Notes: generated by a model not told the origin, from the letters alone. A DNA stretch of 64,000 nt from Octopus bimaculoides (GCF_001194135.2 NC_068981.1:150657405-150721404); one strand, 5' to 3'; shown: positions 25,261-39,735, counted from the stretch's first letter. Numbers and translations: made by a program.

Positions 25261-25659
25261 GTATACTGCCAACTTAATGTGACAGTCCCAATAAGGGAAT
25301 ATACTACTGCTATTTAGCCCTAAGAAGCTGGACCGCTTCCTGTTGGCCTTGACACTTGCGAGGGGGAGACAAACTCCTCCACCCAGCCCAGCCTGCATTC
25401 AGGGACATGTTTCTGAGTCTTTGCTTGTCATTCACAGCTAATAAGCAATGAAATAGAAGAGTAGAGAGTAAGGAAATAAGAAAAAGTTTACAGTTCATAT
25501 TTCTGAGGGTATGTTTATATTTCTGTATGTCCTTGGGTAAAATCCAAGGTAAATCCAGGTAGTATTATAACAAAGAATGGTTAGTGTTTTCACAGAATAA
25601 ATACCAAGGCAATATTTTGGCAGAAAATATACACACACAAATATATATATATGCATGTA

Positions 25660-26368
25660 TACATGGGGTTCAGGCTAAATTAGAAAAAAGAAGAGACAAA
25701 ATCCCATCCAAAAATAAAAGTATGTTGCAAACAGAGTAGTTGCTGTCTTTCTCAACTATGCCCCACACATAGTAATCCATGGGATTACAATTGGGGAATT
25801 AGGAAGCCAGAAATTGGTGTTGGTGAATTAACACAAATTCTCAGACAACCACTTCCGACTTCTTCCAGAGGTACAGCAAGGAACCAAGTCCTGTTGCCAC
25901 ACATATGGTCTTTCAGCAGTAACCCTCTCCAGCCAGAGATTGACCACAGTCTCCAGCAGCCTCACACATCCATCTAAAGTGAGCCTAAGACCTTGTCCAA
26001 TGATGTGGGAATGAAATCTGGTATGCAGAAGCAGCCAGAATATCTTCTGTGTCCCTTACTGCTGGTTATAACCTCGTAGTCTCTGGTGCAGCTGTCCATA
26101 TCACATCTGACAGCCTTTACAGTATTCACAGAGCATTGAGTAGCAATAACGGTGTCAGCATTTTGATAGCTGGCATGAATCATCATGATACATATGTCTT
26201 TTCCAATATTCAGATGGTTTCCATTCCTCCATGTCAGCTAACTTTTTCTTAACTATGACATTAATTTCTATGCTCTCCAATGCCATTGACTGTTCAACAA
26301 TACCTCAAGCTGTTCTTGGAGAAACGAGACATAAAGAAATGTCAAATTTAGCCCAAACATGCTGTGTA
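25660..26368 (-). mobile_element. Internally deleted Tc1/mariner DD37D (maT-type) transposon
   Basis: Imperfect TIRs TACATGGGGTTCAGGCTAAATTAG / TACACAGCATGTTTGGGCTAAATTTG with flanking TA. N-terminus MEEWKPSEYWKRH...QCSVNTVKAVR is joined at ~26010 to HIIGQGL..LLETVV.LWLERV..ERPYVWQQD...W.PNSP(D)CNPMDYYVWG. The D-to-D spacing is 110 nt, i.e. 37 codons minus a 1-nt deletion. Confidence 0.9.
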
Positions 26369-27357
26369 TATATGTGTGTGTATGCTTCCATATATACTTA
26401 TACAATGGCAAGGTAAATTGGCATGTATGAATATCAATGTCTTTCTCCTTATGCCATTATGTACTGCTTATAAAGCAAATGAACAATTTGCATTTGCAAT
26501 CACTTATTTGGCTAAAAAGGAAAGCTATGTCCCCCTCAAATCATAATGTAATAAAAAAAAATATACATTAGTATTGTTCCCAACAGATAAAACAAGATGA
26601 TTACAGCTAGAATGCATTTAATCATTAGATCTTGATCAGAACTGACATGCTGCTAAACCACAGATTCAAAGAAACGAGAAAACCTTCATGCATTGCTGGT
26701 CCTACTAGAGGTAGCAACCAAATCTCCTTCAAATAACCACATTCTCCTATCTTAAAAAAGAAAATGAGAAACACATGCGACAATGTAATCTAAAATGTAT
26801 TGAATGGTCATGGTTATTATATATTTGAACATATTTCCACTCAGTCAAGCACAACCAGCGGCTAAAAAACAAGAAACAAGCATTCAAATAAAACATCGCT
26901 AACAGACATAAGAATCATGTTAACTTAAGAGTGTGCAGCAAGCAATGAGAGAAATTATGTATTATCCGAGATTAAACAGAGGGAATTAGTCATTGAAAGC
27001 AAACTACAGAGGTGAGGATACATTTGAAGACAGATCATGACGCCAGGAATTATTATCAGGAAAGCTAGTTTGTTGAATTAGTAATTAAAATTTAAAAAAA
27101 ACATAGTTCAAAATATCACGCAACTCTATGCTTTGATGCAATGAGTAAATAGGTGAATAAAACAAATAAATAAATAATCTACTTAAGAATAAACAAATAA
27201 ACTTCCTTTTGTGGTCATCTCAGAAAGTATTAAATATGGAGGAAGACCGACGAAATGTATGTTGTTCAAAACATAATTACACATGCACACACACACACAC
27301 ACACAATTTTTAATAGTCTTTAATATAAATAAATATATATATATGTATTTGTGTGTG

Positions 27358-27393
<36 letters not shown>

Positions 27394-27454
27394 TATATAT
27401 ATATTCTTTGATAGCTTTCAAAATATTATATATATGCAGATATAGTATTCTTTA

Positions 27455-27502
<48 letters not shown>

Positions 27503-27764
27503 AATCATACCTAGTCTAAGATGTTATCCAAAATATAAACAACCAGAACATCAAACTCTTGAAAGTACAAGACAATGCATGATTAATTCAAAACAATGTG
27601 AATAAGTAAGCATTATGCTTAACAATGTAATCTATGTTAAAGGTTTAACCATCTTGCTCTCTCTCCTTCCCTTTCTTCCTTATCCCTCTCTCTCTTTTTC
27701 TCCCTCTCTTCTATTCTCTCTCTTTCCCTCTCTCCATCTCCCAATTTTATTCACATAGGTGTTT

Positions 27765-28218
27765 CTTTTTCATATTTTTATTTGTTTCAGGCAAATGACT
27801 GGCCATGCTAGAGCGCTTCCTTTTAGTTAAAGAAATTGACCCCTGGAGTTATTCTTTGTAAGCCTGGTGCCTATTCTATTGGTCTCTTCTGCCGAACCGC
27901 TAAGTTATGGAGGATGTAAACACACCAACATTGGTTGTCAAGCAATGGTGTTGGGGGACACACATACACACACACATAAATATATACATATATATACACA
28001 CACACATAAATATATATATATACACACACACACACACATAAATATATATATATATGATGGGCTTCATTCTGTTTCCATCTATCAAATCCACTCACAAGGC
28101 TTTGGTCGGCCTGAGACTACAGTAGAAGATACTTGCCTAAGGTGCCACGGAGCAGGACTGAACCCAGAACCATGTGGTTGGGAAGCAAGCTTCTTACCAC
28201 ATAACCACACCTGTGCCT
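27765..28218 (-). mobile_element. Family A SINE
   Basis: Reverse complement of 32555-32991 with an expanded AC/AT hinge. Confidence 0.9.
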
Positions 28219-28300
28219 TTATTTACTTACATGCAAGAGGAAAAATACTCAATGCATGAAGTAACTGTATTCATATATTTATTACTATATAAGTGTGTGT

Positions 28301-28344
<44 letters not shown>

Positions 28345-28389
28345 NNNNNNNNNNNNNNNNNNNNNNNNNNNNNNNNNNNNNNNNNNNNN
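28345..28389. other. Assembly gap (45 N) inside (TG)n
   Basis: N run. Confidence 1.
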
Positions 28390-28450
<61 letters not shown>

Positions 28451-30509
28451 ACGTACATCATCATTATCATTGCCAGCTTTTTTCATGTTGACATAGGCTG
28501 GGTGAGACTGATTGAGGTAATATTTCTAAGACTGGATGACCTTCCTGACACAAACCTTTATTAGCTTTCAAGTAAGATACACCATTACCTGTCTCTACAA
28601 CTTTGATTCACCAAAATGCTAATCATTTTGTTCATACGTGGCGTAAAGATGTCAACCACAATCCAAACATTATCAAAGAGAAGACTTACTCATATTGCCA
28701 GATACATTGAGACACATACAGCCGGAAACGTAGAAGGATGCACAAACAATTATGTAGACAAAGACGTAATATACAGTAACTAACAGACACACAAATACAG
28801 AGATTAACACACTAAGTAAAAATAAAATAAAATACAGGCTATCAAAATTTGTGGGGCAGCAGACTGAGCTCTGGATTGGATGAAACAAGGTTGTAAAAGA
28901 AAGGGCTGCTGCAAACTACAATTTAAGTATGACTAAGGAGCAGGTTCTAAAAATAAATATGTCCACAGAGAAAACCTTTAACTCAGAACCCTCATACCCT
29001 GAAAAAAGGGGAAAAAAAAACATAAGGTGTGGCTGGGCTAAAAATGGATTTTTACACAAAGTTTGAGGAAGAGGTAAGCTGTAGAATTGTAGCAGTGTTG
29101 GTGGTGGTGAACAGTAGGTGGAGAGAGAGAGGGATTTGGTTCATATTACCTCTAAACTAGGTGCTTGTTTGTGGAGAAGAGGTTAGTAGCTCCATCTGGC
29201 ATAGGATGATGTTGATGCTTGATCTTCTGCCTGGAAGTCAGTCAGAACATGACATTCATGATAATTCACTTTCAAGTCAAACAGAGTAAATGGGTACCAG
29301 ATAGGGATTAAGCAGAACAAGCACACACATACATACACACACATCTTATTCATGTACAGGAACATATAATAACACTTGCGAGTGTGTGTATATATGTGTA
29401 TATACACACATTATACCTGTGTTTATATTAGTATATGAGGAGGGGAGATAAAGAGGGGAAGAAAACATATCTAATCCCTAAAATAAAACCCAACCCAATT
29501 CAATTTGTCTCCACCACCCACTCCCCAAAATGGCCCCTGTTTCTTAAACATACACACCCAGTCACACATACAATAACTGATAAAATGCATATCATCAATA
29601 ACTCGTACTGACAAACATAAAATAAGGGAGGGACATGCAATGCCAACATGAAATTAGACAAATTTGGGTATCCACAATAAAACTTATTTCAAGATATACA
29701 AAAGTAGTATAAAATAAAATATAATAAAACAAAATAAAAAAATCTAGAAAGGAGAAATTGTCCCCTGTTGAGAAAGAGTAATACTTATAGCTCCCCTGAT
29801 AAGTTGATACTGATAAGACAAAAGTAAATAATGTACCAAGATATGAATTAGAAAAAAGGGAGTTAGGGAATTATTTTGCTCGTCGTTTCTTGAATTCTCA
29901 CCCCAGTGTTAAATAAATATGAGTTTTGAGATGACTAAAAACAAAATGTTTATGAAAATCTCTTCCTCAACAGCATGTTTAAAAACGGGACTTTGCCAGC
30001 TGGGAAAGAAACTACTGTCTTTGATAAACTCCCAGATAAATACCATAATCTATACTACTGCTACTACTGCTACTACTACTACTACTACTACTACTACCAC
30101 TACTACTACTACTACCACTACTACCACTACTAGTGATACTGCCATTACTCCAAATAGGAAGAGTCAGTTGTTAAACTATCAAAATGAATTTTATAAATTT
30201 TTTCACATCTTCCTTTTCAGATTTCTTATATCAGCCTACTTGAGACTACCCATAGCTCTGTGATACAAAATTTCCAATTCTAAAATAGTCATTTTTAAAT
30301 TAAAACCGTCCATCAAATTTTATAGAAGAATATTTTGTTAATTTATATTCCAAGCATTAATTTAATAGCGATGAAGTTAGTTATTTTACTAAATCCCCCT
30401 TTCAGTGTTAATTTGAAAGCCAAGCAGCATATTTCATCAGCAATACAGTAATGAAAGAGTTAAAACAGAAGCATGACAAATCTTAAAAAATTTTTGCAAC
30501 TTCATAGAT

Positions 30510-30950
30510 AGAGGCATGGTGGTATGGATAAGAAGTTCACTTGGTAGTCCCGCAATGTGGTCTCTTGGACAAGTGTCTTCTACTATAGATGACTTGTGAG
30601 TCAATTTAGTAGATGGAAACTGTGAGGAAGCCTATTATGTGTGTGCGTATGCATATGTCATCATCATCAGCAGCATCATTGTTTAATGTCCTCCTTCCAT
30701 GTTGGTATGAGCTGGATGGTTTGACAGGAGCTGGCCATATCTTTGTGTGTCTGTCTCGATTTGTCTTGTCACTGCTTGCCAACCAGTGCTGGTTTGTTCA
30801 TGTCCCTGTAACTTAGTGGTTTGACAAAAGACACCAACAGAATAAGTACCAGATTAAGGACGTAAGTACTGGGGTTGATTTGTTTGACCAACCCCCTTGA
30901 AGGTGGTGCTCCAGCATGGCTAGAGTCCAGTGACTAAAACAAGTAAAAGA
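30510..30950 (+). mobile_element. Family A SINE with an antisense RTE tail (30657-30735) nested in its hinge
   Basis: SINE halves flank (CAT)n-TTTAATGTCCTCCTTCCATG...; CATAT occurs on both sides of the insert. Confidence 0.75.
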
Positions 30951-31554
30951 TATTTTTTTAAATGTCGGTGCAGGTTGTATGAATTTGTAAATATTTATTT
31001 GCCATCTATGAATACTGCAGTAGAAAAGCTGTGATGCTAAAACAATGTTGGACTTCTGCCCAGATGGTTATGTAGTTCAAAGCTTATGGCTTACAAACAA
31101 TCTGTAATGCTTCTTAACAAGATGTCAAACTTAAAACATTGCACTGTCTGTTACACTCATACATGATGGACAATTGATCCCACTTCTAAGTGATTAAAAT
31201 AGGAATGGTGTGTGGCTGTAAATAGCAAAAAGAAATCAAAAAATAAAGTAAAATGGCAAATGTTCCAACAATACTCAAATGCCAAAATTTTCAAGCACAG
31301 TGTAAGCTCGCATTAAAAAAATAAAATATGCAAACACAGTTATGAAAATATGTTTCTGCCATGAATTTGAAAGAGTGATGAAATATTTTCTGTTGAGACA
31401 TTAGTGGCATGGCTGAAGAAGAAAGCTGTACTTTTGAAATCCTGTTGTTTCACTGATTTTGTTATGATAATTGGGATAATGGAGAGGCTCCCAGAGAAGT
31501 TCAGATTTGACCATATTTTACTTTGCTTTATATTTCCCCATAGTCAGTAATATT

Positions 31555-32030
31555 GGTCTGAAATTTTGGCACAAAGCCAGCAAGATGGCAGGGTACAGCA
31601 ATTACAAATACTCCATTTCCTAATCGGTACTTATTTTACTGACCCCAGAAGGGTGAAAGGCAAAATCAACCTCAACAACATTTGAAATCATAATATAAAG
31701 AGCCAGAAGAAATGCCACTAAGAATTTTGATCCAACATGCTAACGATTCTGCCAGCTTACCATGGCCAATTATATTACCACCTGTTTTGTATTGGAGTTC
31801 AATCAATTGGTTACACAGCCTACTTTCAAATTTTGGGCCTTGTGTCAGATAAAATGCTTTGAAGTATTTAGTTATGACTCTTTACATTCTGAGTTTAAAT
31901 CCTGCCAAGGTCAACTTTGATTTTCATCCCTTAGAGGTTGATAAAATACAATATTGCTCAACTACTGGATTTACTTAAATGACTATCCCACAACAGACAC
32001 ACATAGACAAATTTCAGATCCTCTGCCAGA
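31555..32030. mobile_element. Inverted (head-to-head) pair of family B SINEs: 31555-31763 (-) and 31850-32030 (+)
   Basis: Family B motifs in opposite orientations about 90 bp apart. Confidence 0.7.
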
Positions 32031-32554
32031 GTAAGAAACAACTGTTATGATCATCTCAGTGATAGAGATAAAGAGATTATTAAAATTCATGAGGTCACTA
32101 CACAAACATCCCATTTTATAAATATACAAAAGAGAAAACAGTCAAAAGACATCTTAACCCAGCAGGTATCATCAAAAATATCAACACAATATAAAACATA
32201 TAAAATGAATTTAAAAAAAGGTACCAAGCCCATTAAAAAAAACACTTTCCAACAAAGGATTCTGCCAAAAGCATCCTTCTTTCAGCTCCTTGTAAGGGAA
32301 ACTACATATACATTCTACTTCTAAAAATCAAAATATTTATATTTCTTCTCACAGTAAGGTAAAGTGGGAATAAAGGACAACTACTTTCCCATTTTTATGT
32401 AAGATAAGATTATTATTATTGCTATTATTAACATTATTTTTGTACAGTTATCATCGTTATCATTATGCAGTTGTCTTATTTTGCTTGTGCTTTCACTACA
32501 CTATCAAGCTCAGCTCTGTGTCTTGAATATGTACAGTGTTTGTTTTGTTTATTA

Positions 32555-32719
32555 GGCGTAGGAGTGGTTGTGTGGTAAGTAGCTTGCTTACCAACCACAT
32601 GGTTCCGGGTTCAGTGCCACTGCGTGGCACCTTGGGCAAGTGTCTTCTACTATAGCCTCAGGCCGACCAAAGCTTTGTGAGTGGATTTGGTAGACGGAAA
32701 CTGAAAGAAGCCCGTCGTA

Positions 32720-32770
<51 letters not shown>

Positions 32771-32991
32771 GTATGTGTGTGTATATATGTTTGTGTGTCT
32801 GTGTTTGTCCCCCCAACATCGCTTGACAACCGATACTGGCGTGTTTACGTCCCTGTAACTTAGCGGTTCGGCAAAAGAGATCGATAGAATAAGTACTAGG
32901 CTTACAAAGAATAAGTCCTGGGGTCGATTTGCTTGACTAAAGGCAGTGCTCCAGCATGGCCACAGTCAAATGACTGAAACAAGTAAAAGAG
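32555..32991 (+). mobile_element. Family A tRNA-derived SINE, well preserved
   Basis: Head GGCGTAGGAGTGGTTGTGTGGTAAG...GGTTCAGTGCC (A/B-box-like), TA/TG hinge, tail ...GACTGAAACAAGTAAAAGAG. Confidence 0.92.
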
Positions 32992-33172
32992 TATCATTAT
33001 TATTTAAGATGTCGCACAGTATCCAATATCGTGATGCTGTTGATTGAAGATATTGTGTCTACAAGGGGTTTGTACTGTCTGTCCTGTCTCAACAGGGACC
33101 TCAAACAGACAGTACTTTATAGAACTGTACGTATATTGTAATTATTATCATTATTATTATTATTATTATTAA

Positions 33173-33935
33173 GGCAGCGAGCTGGCAGAATCGTCAGCAT
33201 GCTGGACAAAATGCTTAGTAGTACTTCACCCATTGCTATGTTATGCAAATTCTGCTGAGGTCAACTTTGCCTTTCATCCATTCAGAGTGAATAAAATAAG
33301 TACCAGTTGAACACTAAGGTCGATGTAATCAGTTCATCCCCTCTTCCCTAAAGCTGCCCTTGTGGCAAAATTCGAAATAATAATTATCATTATAATTATA
33401 ATTATTATTATTAAGGTGGTGAGCTGGCAGAATCATTAACATGCCACACAAAATGCTTAGCAGCATTGCTTCCAGTTTTTTTGTTTTGTGTTCAAATGCC
33501 ATCAAAGTCCACTTTGCCCTTCATCCTTTTGGGATCAATTAAATAAGTACCAGTTGAGCATCGGGGTCTATATAATCGACTAGCCCCTTCCCATCAAAAT
33601 TTTGAGGTTTGTGCCTATCTGAGTAAGTTTATTATTAGTATTAATTTAAGTAGAGATAAGCTGGCAGGATCATTAGTAAGTCGGACAAAATGCTTAGCAG
33701 CATTTATTCTGGGTCTTTACATTCTGATTTCAAATTCCATTAAGGTCGACTTGTTGAACACTGGAGTTGATGTAATCAACTTAAACCCTCCACTAAAATT
33801 ACCAGTCTTGTACCAAAATTTGAAACTACTATTGTTTGAAGAGGTGGATTAAGAGAATTGCTAGAGTGTAGGATAAAATGACTTGCAGTATTTAGATATG
33901 AATGATTCTTTATGTTCTGAGTTCAAACCCCACGT
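33173..33935 (+). mobile_element. Three complete plus one partial head-to-tail family B SINEs
   Basis: Starts near 33173, 33415, 33655 and 33842, each after a TTA-rich tail. Confidence 0.85.
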
Positions 33936-34230
33936 TCATTATTGGTTATAGATTACCATGAATTCAATTACTTATTCATTGCATTTGCAATGGCAAGAGT
34001 GTTGGATTGTATACCCAACTCTGGCAAGGTAAGTGTTTTTGTTTGCATACAGCTGTTTAACAGATTTCTTGGTGTTGCATATATCTATGTATGTTTGGTA
34101 TACTAGTGATAGTACAGAACAAAACTTATGGCTATCTATAATACATATAGCACACACATACATGAATATATATCTATATACATGCATATTCACATATATA
34201 TGTGTGTGTGTGTCTGTATATATATATACC

Positions 34231-34270
34231 GGCCATGACGAAGGGAAATAGCCCTGAAACTCGAGTCGCC
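34231..34270 (+). ncRNA. Minimal type-I hammerhead ribozyme-like motif (Penelope pLTR type)
   Basis: GGC-C(A)TGACGA-AGGG[AAATAG]CCCT-GAAA-CTCGAG-TC^GCC: 3-bp stem I, 4-bp stem II, palindromic stem III (ACTCGAGT), GUC cleavage triplet, one extra A in the core. Confidence 0.65.
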
Positions 34271-34535
34271 TTTATATATTTATATTTATATATTTATATA
34301 TTTGATCCTTTATATTGAACACTCAATATTTCATCTACATTCAATACTTTCTTTCATGGTGCCATCCATTTTTATTTTATTTTATTTTATATTATATTAT
34401 AATATATTGTATATTCCATATTCTATACCCCACATTGGTTCTGCAGGAATATAAATAAAACATAAAAAACAGACAGTGTTGGAACTCTTTTAAACAAAAT
34501 AATATATATATATATATATATATACATGTATATGC

Positions 34536-34642
<107 letters not shown>

Positions 34643-34935
34643 TTCAACATAGCTGCTCAACTTGGTAGAAATAACATCTGAATTTCTCTCTTATCACATC
34701 CTACTTCCTTTACATTTGACAATGCACTCCTAGATATGAAATGTTTCTTTGATAACAGGTCTCCTCAGCTAGGGCTGATCTAAAGCTAAACAAGAAGAAC
34801 AATAATACCAATAACAACACCATCACAATCATCAGCAATTATTGGCATCATTATGCTAATGCCATCATCCTGATTGCTAACCAAGGCCATCAAACAACAA
34901 CCACAAACTGTTTATGAAACAAATAGTTTAAATGC

Positions 34936-35141
<206 letters not shown>

Positions 35142-35471
35142 AGAAAACAATAATTTCTTCAGCTAGAGAAAAGATGAAGAGGAGAGGAAAATTGGCTTAA
35201 TCTAGTCTGTCCACTTCGCTGACATGTAAATATTGTCCACTCTACTGATGTGTAAATAAGATGAGAAACAAGCAAGAATTAAGTTGAAATAGTGGAGTAA
35301 ATAGCTTATGCAAATATTGAACTAAAGAATGGTGCTCGGTTCTTTAAATCTGCTTGTGGCAGAATGACATAGATGTACAAGTGAGGATAATGAATGTGGA
35401 GGAGGGCGAGATAAGGATCATAACATCAAGGTAGTGATTATGATGGTAATAATGTTTGAAATTTCATGATG

Positions 35472-35509
<38 letters not shown>

Positions 35510-36789
35510 ACTCTGAATTTGCCAATATGATGCTGATAAGAGTGATAGTGACGGTGGAGATGTGGTAATGTATTTTTAAGAGCAGACCTAATCTGATCAA
35601 GGTGACCTATGATTAAAGCAGTTCCACTTGTGACCATCCAGCCATTTTTCTGCCCAGGGATTATATATCTAGGACTACATTATCCAATGTAAATTTTTAT
35701 TTTTGATTTCATGAACCTGCTGCTAATAAATTCCCTAATTGTCTCAGTGATAATGTTAATGTTGTGATTGTTGGTTTACCCCAAGTAGATTCTCAGAGCA
35801 TCCCATCACTTTTCTTAGACGTGGTGTATCCAAACTACAATATTCAATGTATCTGGTTAATAAAAAAGATAGATGTGGTTTCAATAAGATTTACCTGCTA
35901 ACTCTAGCAGGTTGAACAAGCACTTAGAAGCTCCCTTAATTGCTTTGTGTTAATGTCATTGATAAAGGTGGTTGATGTGCATCTCCAAGTGATATTGGTG
36001 AATGAAGGAGTTGCTAGTAATGGATTCAATGACATTTATAATTACTTTAAAAATGCAACACAATACAGAAAGCACTACTCTCAGCTATATCACACAAAAG
36101 TTACTAGAACCAGCAAGTCTGTTTCCATAACAAATACACTAATTACAAGATCAACAACTTACATTAAGCAGTCAGTCTTAATATCAGAGAAACTCAAATT
36201 TTAAAGAAACAATCTATAAAGAGTATTTAGCTTTTTATAACCTCCAGATATAAAGAATGGACAGAATAATAATGGCATTTATAATGAAGTTACTTATAAA
36301 CTTATAATGAAGGATATAGAACTGTCATGAAGAGGGTATTTTTATTATTTGGATGATGATGATGATAGATTAGATTCTTCCAGATTGGCACTATTTTATA
36401 CATTATTGATTTCTTTTATCAGAATAAGGTTTACAGAAGAAAGGAAAATGAGATATTTTAATGGCCATATCCTCCTGAGGGAATAAAATCTAACCCTTTA
36501 AAACTTTTCAGATATTAAATGTTTTAAATAAATACTCAACTGACTGCATTTATATCACCAAAATAAAAGAAAGATGAAGGTAAATGTGTAAAAATAAGGT
36601 AAGATTAAACTTGATGTGTAATCTAGATGATTAAAAAGTACTTTGAAGAGCTAATGACAAGAACATTATTTAACCAAAGTTTTAATGAAATACAATGTCC
36701 AAAATCAAGAAAATGGTAACATAACTAACTTTTGTCATTATGAAACTGATGTTTGGAATATATTGTTATAACCAAGGAATTCTCCTTGT

Positions 36790-37135
36790 AAAAGCAACTC
36801 CCTAATATAGCTAAGGTCATATCCTAATGACTGGCCTTTCCCTTCAAAGTAAAAGCTACTTCAGACACCAAAAATTATTGACATTTTATAACGCTCAGGT
36901 GAGTCCCACAATGGAGTACAACTCTCATATCTGGAACAGCGCTGCTGCTGCATACACAAACATCCTAAACCACATTTGAAAAGGGCCAATCAGCTGACTG
37001 GCATAAGATCACTCATAAATACACTCTAGCTGCTGGCCTACAGGTATGCTCTGTACTCCCTGCCTTTTCTAATGCTATTACAACAGTTTGTGCCCCTCAA
37101 ATCTGGCTGGGCCCATGCCACCTCCACTCAGGCAT
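36790..37135 (+). mobile_element. CR1/Jockey-like LINE RT C-terminal fragment
   Basis: QKLLTFYNAQVSPTMEYNSHIWNSA resembles the YKAQVRP.MEY.SH.W motif; frameshifted downstream. Confidence 0.65.
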
Positions 37136-37265
37136 TCAAATTTTGGCACAAGGTCAGCCATTTGAGGGGAGGGGGCAAGTTGATTACATCAACCCCAGTA
37201 TTTGACTGGTACTTTATCTTATCAACCTTAAGGAATGAAAGACAAAGTAGACCTTTGCAAGATTT
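37135..37265 (-). mobile_element. Family B SINE 3' half
   Basis: Reverse complement of the family B core. Confidence 0.7.
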
Positions 37266-39076
37266 TATAAGAATATCAAAAATAAAATGGATGGTCATAG
37301 CTAGATCTCAGATTAATATCTATTAAATGAGTGCTGAACAGGAGCTTAGAGTTGACCAAAGAAGCTTTGTGAGTACTATTTAGTAAATGGAAAATGTTCA
37401 GAAGCCTGTGAGAGAAGTTGTTTCTGTTCCTTAATCTGTCACCCAATATAACAACACCAACTGGCCCCCGTGTACCTTTAACAGAATCAACTCTGTTGCA
37501 ATTTGTTTTGAATCTGAGGATAACTTCTCCTTTTCTTCCTCTGCCTAAGCCATGTAAAAATATTTTTTTTAATTCATTCCCTGTGTCATTGTACATTCAA
37601 GACTGCATTATACAATGTGACCTTTATGTAAGACAGAAGAATATGGATTGATGTAAGAGAAATTTGGCTTGTATTTCTAGGTAGATTGACCATAGTGAGT
37701 TCATTTAAGGTAGTGTCTGTATTTGTGTGCATACCTCCTAAGTGCAATCAGACAGAGGTGTGTATGTGTAGTAAACAATTGTATTCTGTGTCTCCAGATA
37801 TATTCACAAAGTGATACACACACACACACACACACACATACATACATACATACATACATACACGTATGTATGTTGCAAAGCACCATTCAAGCTATTCACA
37901 TAGACAAAAACTGAAAACAGCAAGTGTTTCAGAATGATAACTTAACCTAAAGTTGCTATGAGATCTAATCAACTGTGAAATGTCTAACTAGGTGTGTGAT
38001 GCCCCACTGAACATTAGTATCCCTCATCATCTTCTGAGAAGATACAATATTATTACAACCAAGCTACTGAGAGGTCTATTCAAGTGCAGATGCATTAATA
38101 ACACATCGATTTTTCACTACAAGATTGTGTAAAGAAATGAAGCAGACTGTCGAATGGGTTTAGATTGGAATTTAGATAAATTTCAGTTGTGCAGCTATTA
38201 ATGGAAACTTTCAGGACAAATTTCATAGATTCAGCAGCAGATCATCACTAGTATTGATGTTCAAGATGATGACAATATGTGCCATTTGTAACAGTGATAC
38301 TAACAAATGAAAAATACATTGTACAGCTTAATACTTGTTTGCACATTTATCAACCAATATACAGGCAGAGAAGACTATATCTGTGGATTACACCTTGTCA
38401 TTTTGTATAACTAGTTGTGTGACATAAGTCTGCATAATCAGAGCTGACCTAGAGCTATTTACAAACGGAAGCTTACTCAGTACTAGTGAAGGTGCAACAG
38501 GCATTATTGCTAAAACAAAAACTCAATAAGACTAGCACTCTCTGCAGTAAGCAATAACATGTGAGAAGTGGTGAAATGACAAAGTAAGATTATTAGACAA
38601 CTATGATATAGACCTTGAGTCCAAATTTATTGTAAAAATTTATGTACATTTGAATAATACACATGATTCTATTTGCAACAGTTTACCACACTTTGAGGAA
38701 ACATGAAATGTTTAAAAGAGATTCAGTCACAATTTTCAACAGGTCAAACAATCCTACAAAGGTTCCTTTATTGGCTAAAAAATCTTACTCTTATAGAGAT
38801 CCACAAGCAATTAACTCGTTAGCATTCAGATTATTCTGTCAAATGTAAAGCTTATTTATTCATATTTTTTTAATTAATAATGCATTATCTTGTAGCTTTG
38901 AGATTTCGATGGTTCTTTAGTTTCAGAATGACATTGTAGGGTATGTGTAAGCAGCTGAATCTTGCCAATTTGAACATAAAACAATGTAATCAACTGTCCC
39001 CCCCTCCCCAAAAATTTCAGGCCTTGAGCCTATAGTAGAAAGGATTGTTATTATTACTATTATTACAATTATTAAA

Positions 39077-39476
39077 GGCGTAGGAGTGGCTGTGTGGTAA
39101 GTAGCTTGCTTACCAACCACATGTTTCCGGGTTCAGTCCCACTGCATCGCACCTTGGGTAAGTGTCTTCTACTATAGCCTTGGGCCAACCAAAGCCTTGT
39201 GAGTGGAGTTGGTAGATGGAAACTGAAAGAAGCCTGTCATATATATGTATATATGTGTGTGTGTGTGTGTGTCTGTGTGTGTGTGTGTGTGTGTGTAAGT
39301 TTGTATGTCTGTGTTTGTCCCCACAACATCACTTAACAACCGATGCTGGTGTGTTTACGTCCCCATAACTTAGCGGTTCAGGAAAAGAGACCGGTAGAAT
39401 AAGTACTAGGCCTACATAGAATAAGTCCTGGGGTCGATTTGCTCAGTCAAATGACTGAAAAGAGTAAAAGAGTAAA
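39077..39476 (+). mobile_element. Family A SINE with a ~30-bp internal deletion near its 3' end, inserted after the TTA tail of a family B fragment
   Basis: Very similar to 32555-32991, but ...GATTTGCTC|AGTCAAATGACTG lacks GACTAAAGGCAGTGCTCCAGCATGGCCAC. Confidence 0.9.
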
Positions 39477-39477
39477 G

Positions 39478-39735
39478 GATAAAGACCTCCTTCAGTCATG
39501 AATGACCATGGGATTGCACCTAGAAAGTTACCCTCCAAGGCACAAGTCTGGGCAAGGTTGTTTATGAAAGAGCAGCAGTTGCCCATGCATACCAGCCTCC
39601 CTTCTATACATCATCAATGTTATCCAAGGGAAAGGCAAAGGTATATACAGCTTTGCACCAGTGATGTCACACCTCATTTCTACAGCTAAATGAACAGGAA
39701 CAACATGAAATAAAGTGTCTTGCTCAAGAACATGA
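39478..39735 (-). mobile_element. Family F SINE lacking its head
   Basis: Colinear with 53909-54170. Confidence 0.8.

Noticed and set aside
28589-28700. 5'UTR exon ending at CAG|GTAATG (28589) or TGA|GTAAGT (~28689)
   Set aside because: Donor-like hexamers alone are common; no acceptor or promoter support.
35947-36360. Penelope RT relic
   Set aside because: Only faint resemblance (YITQKLLE.A..F) across frameshifts; too weak to call.
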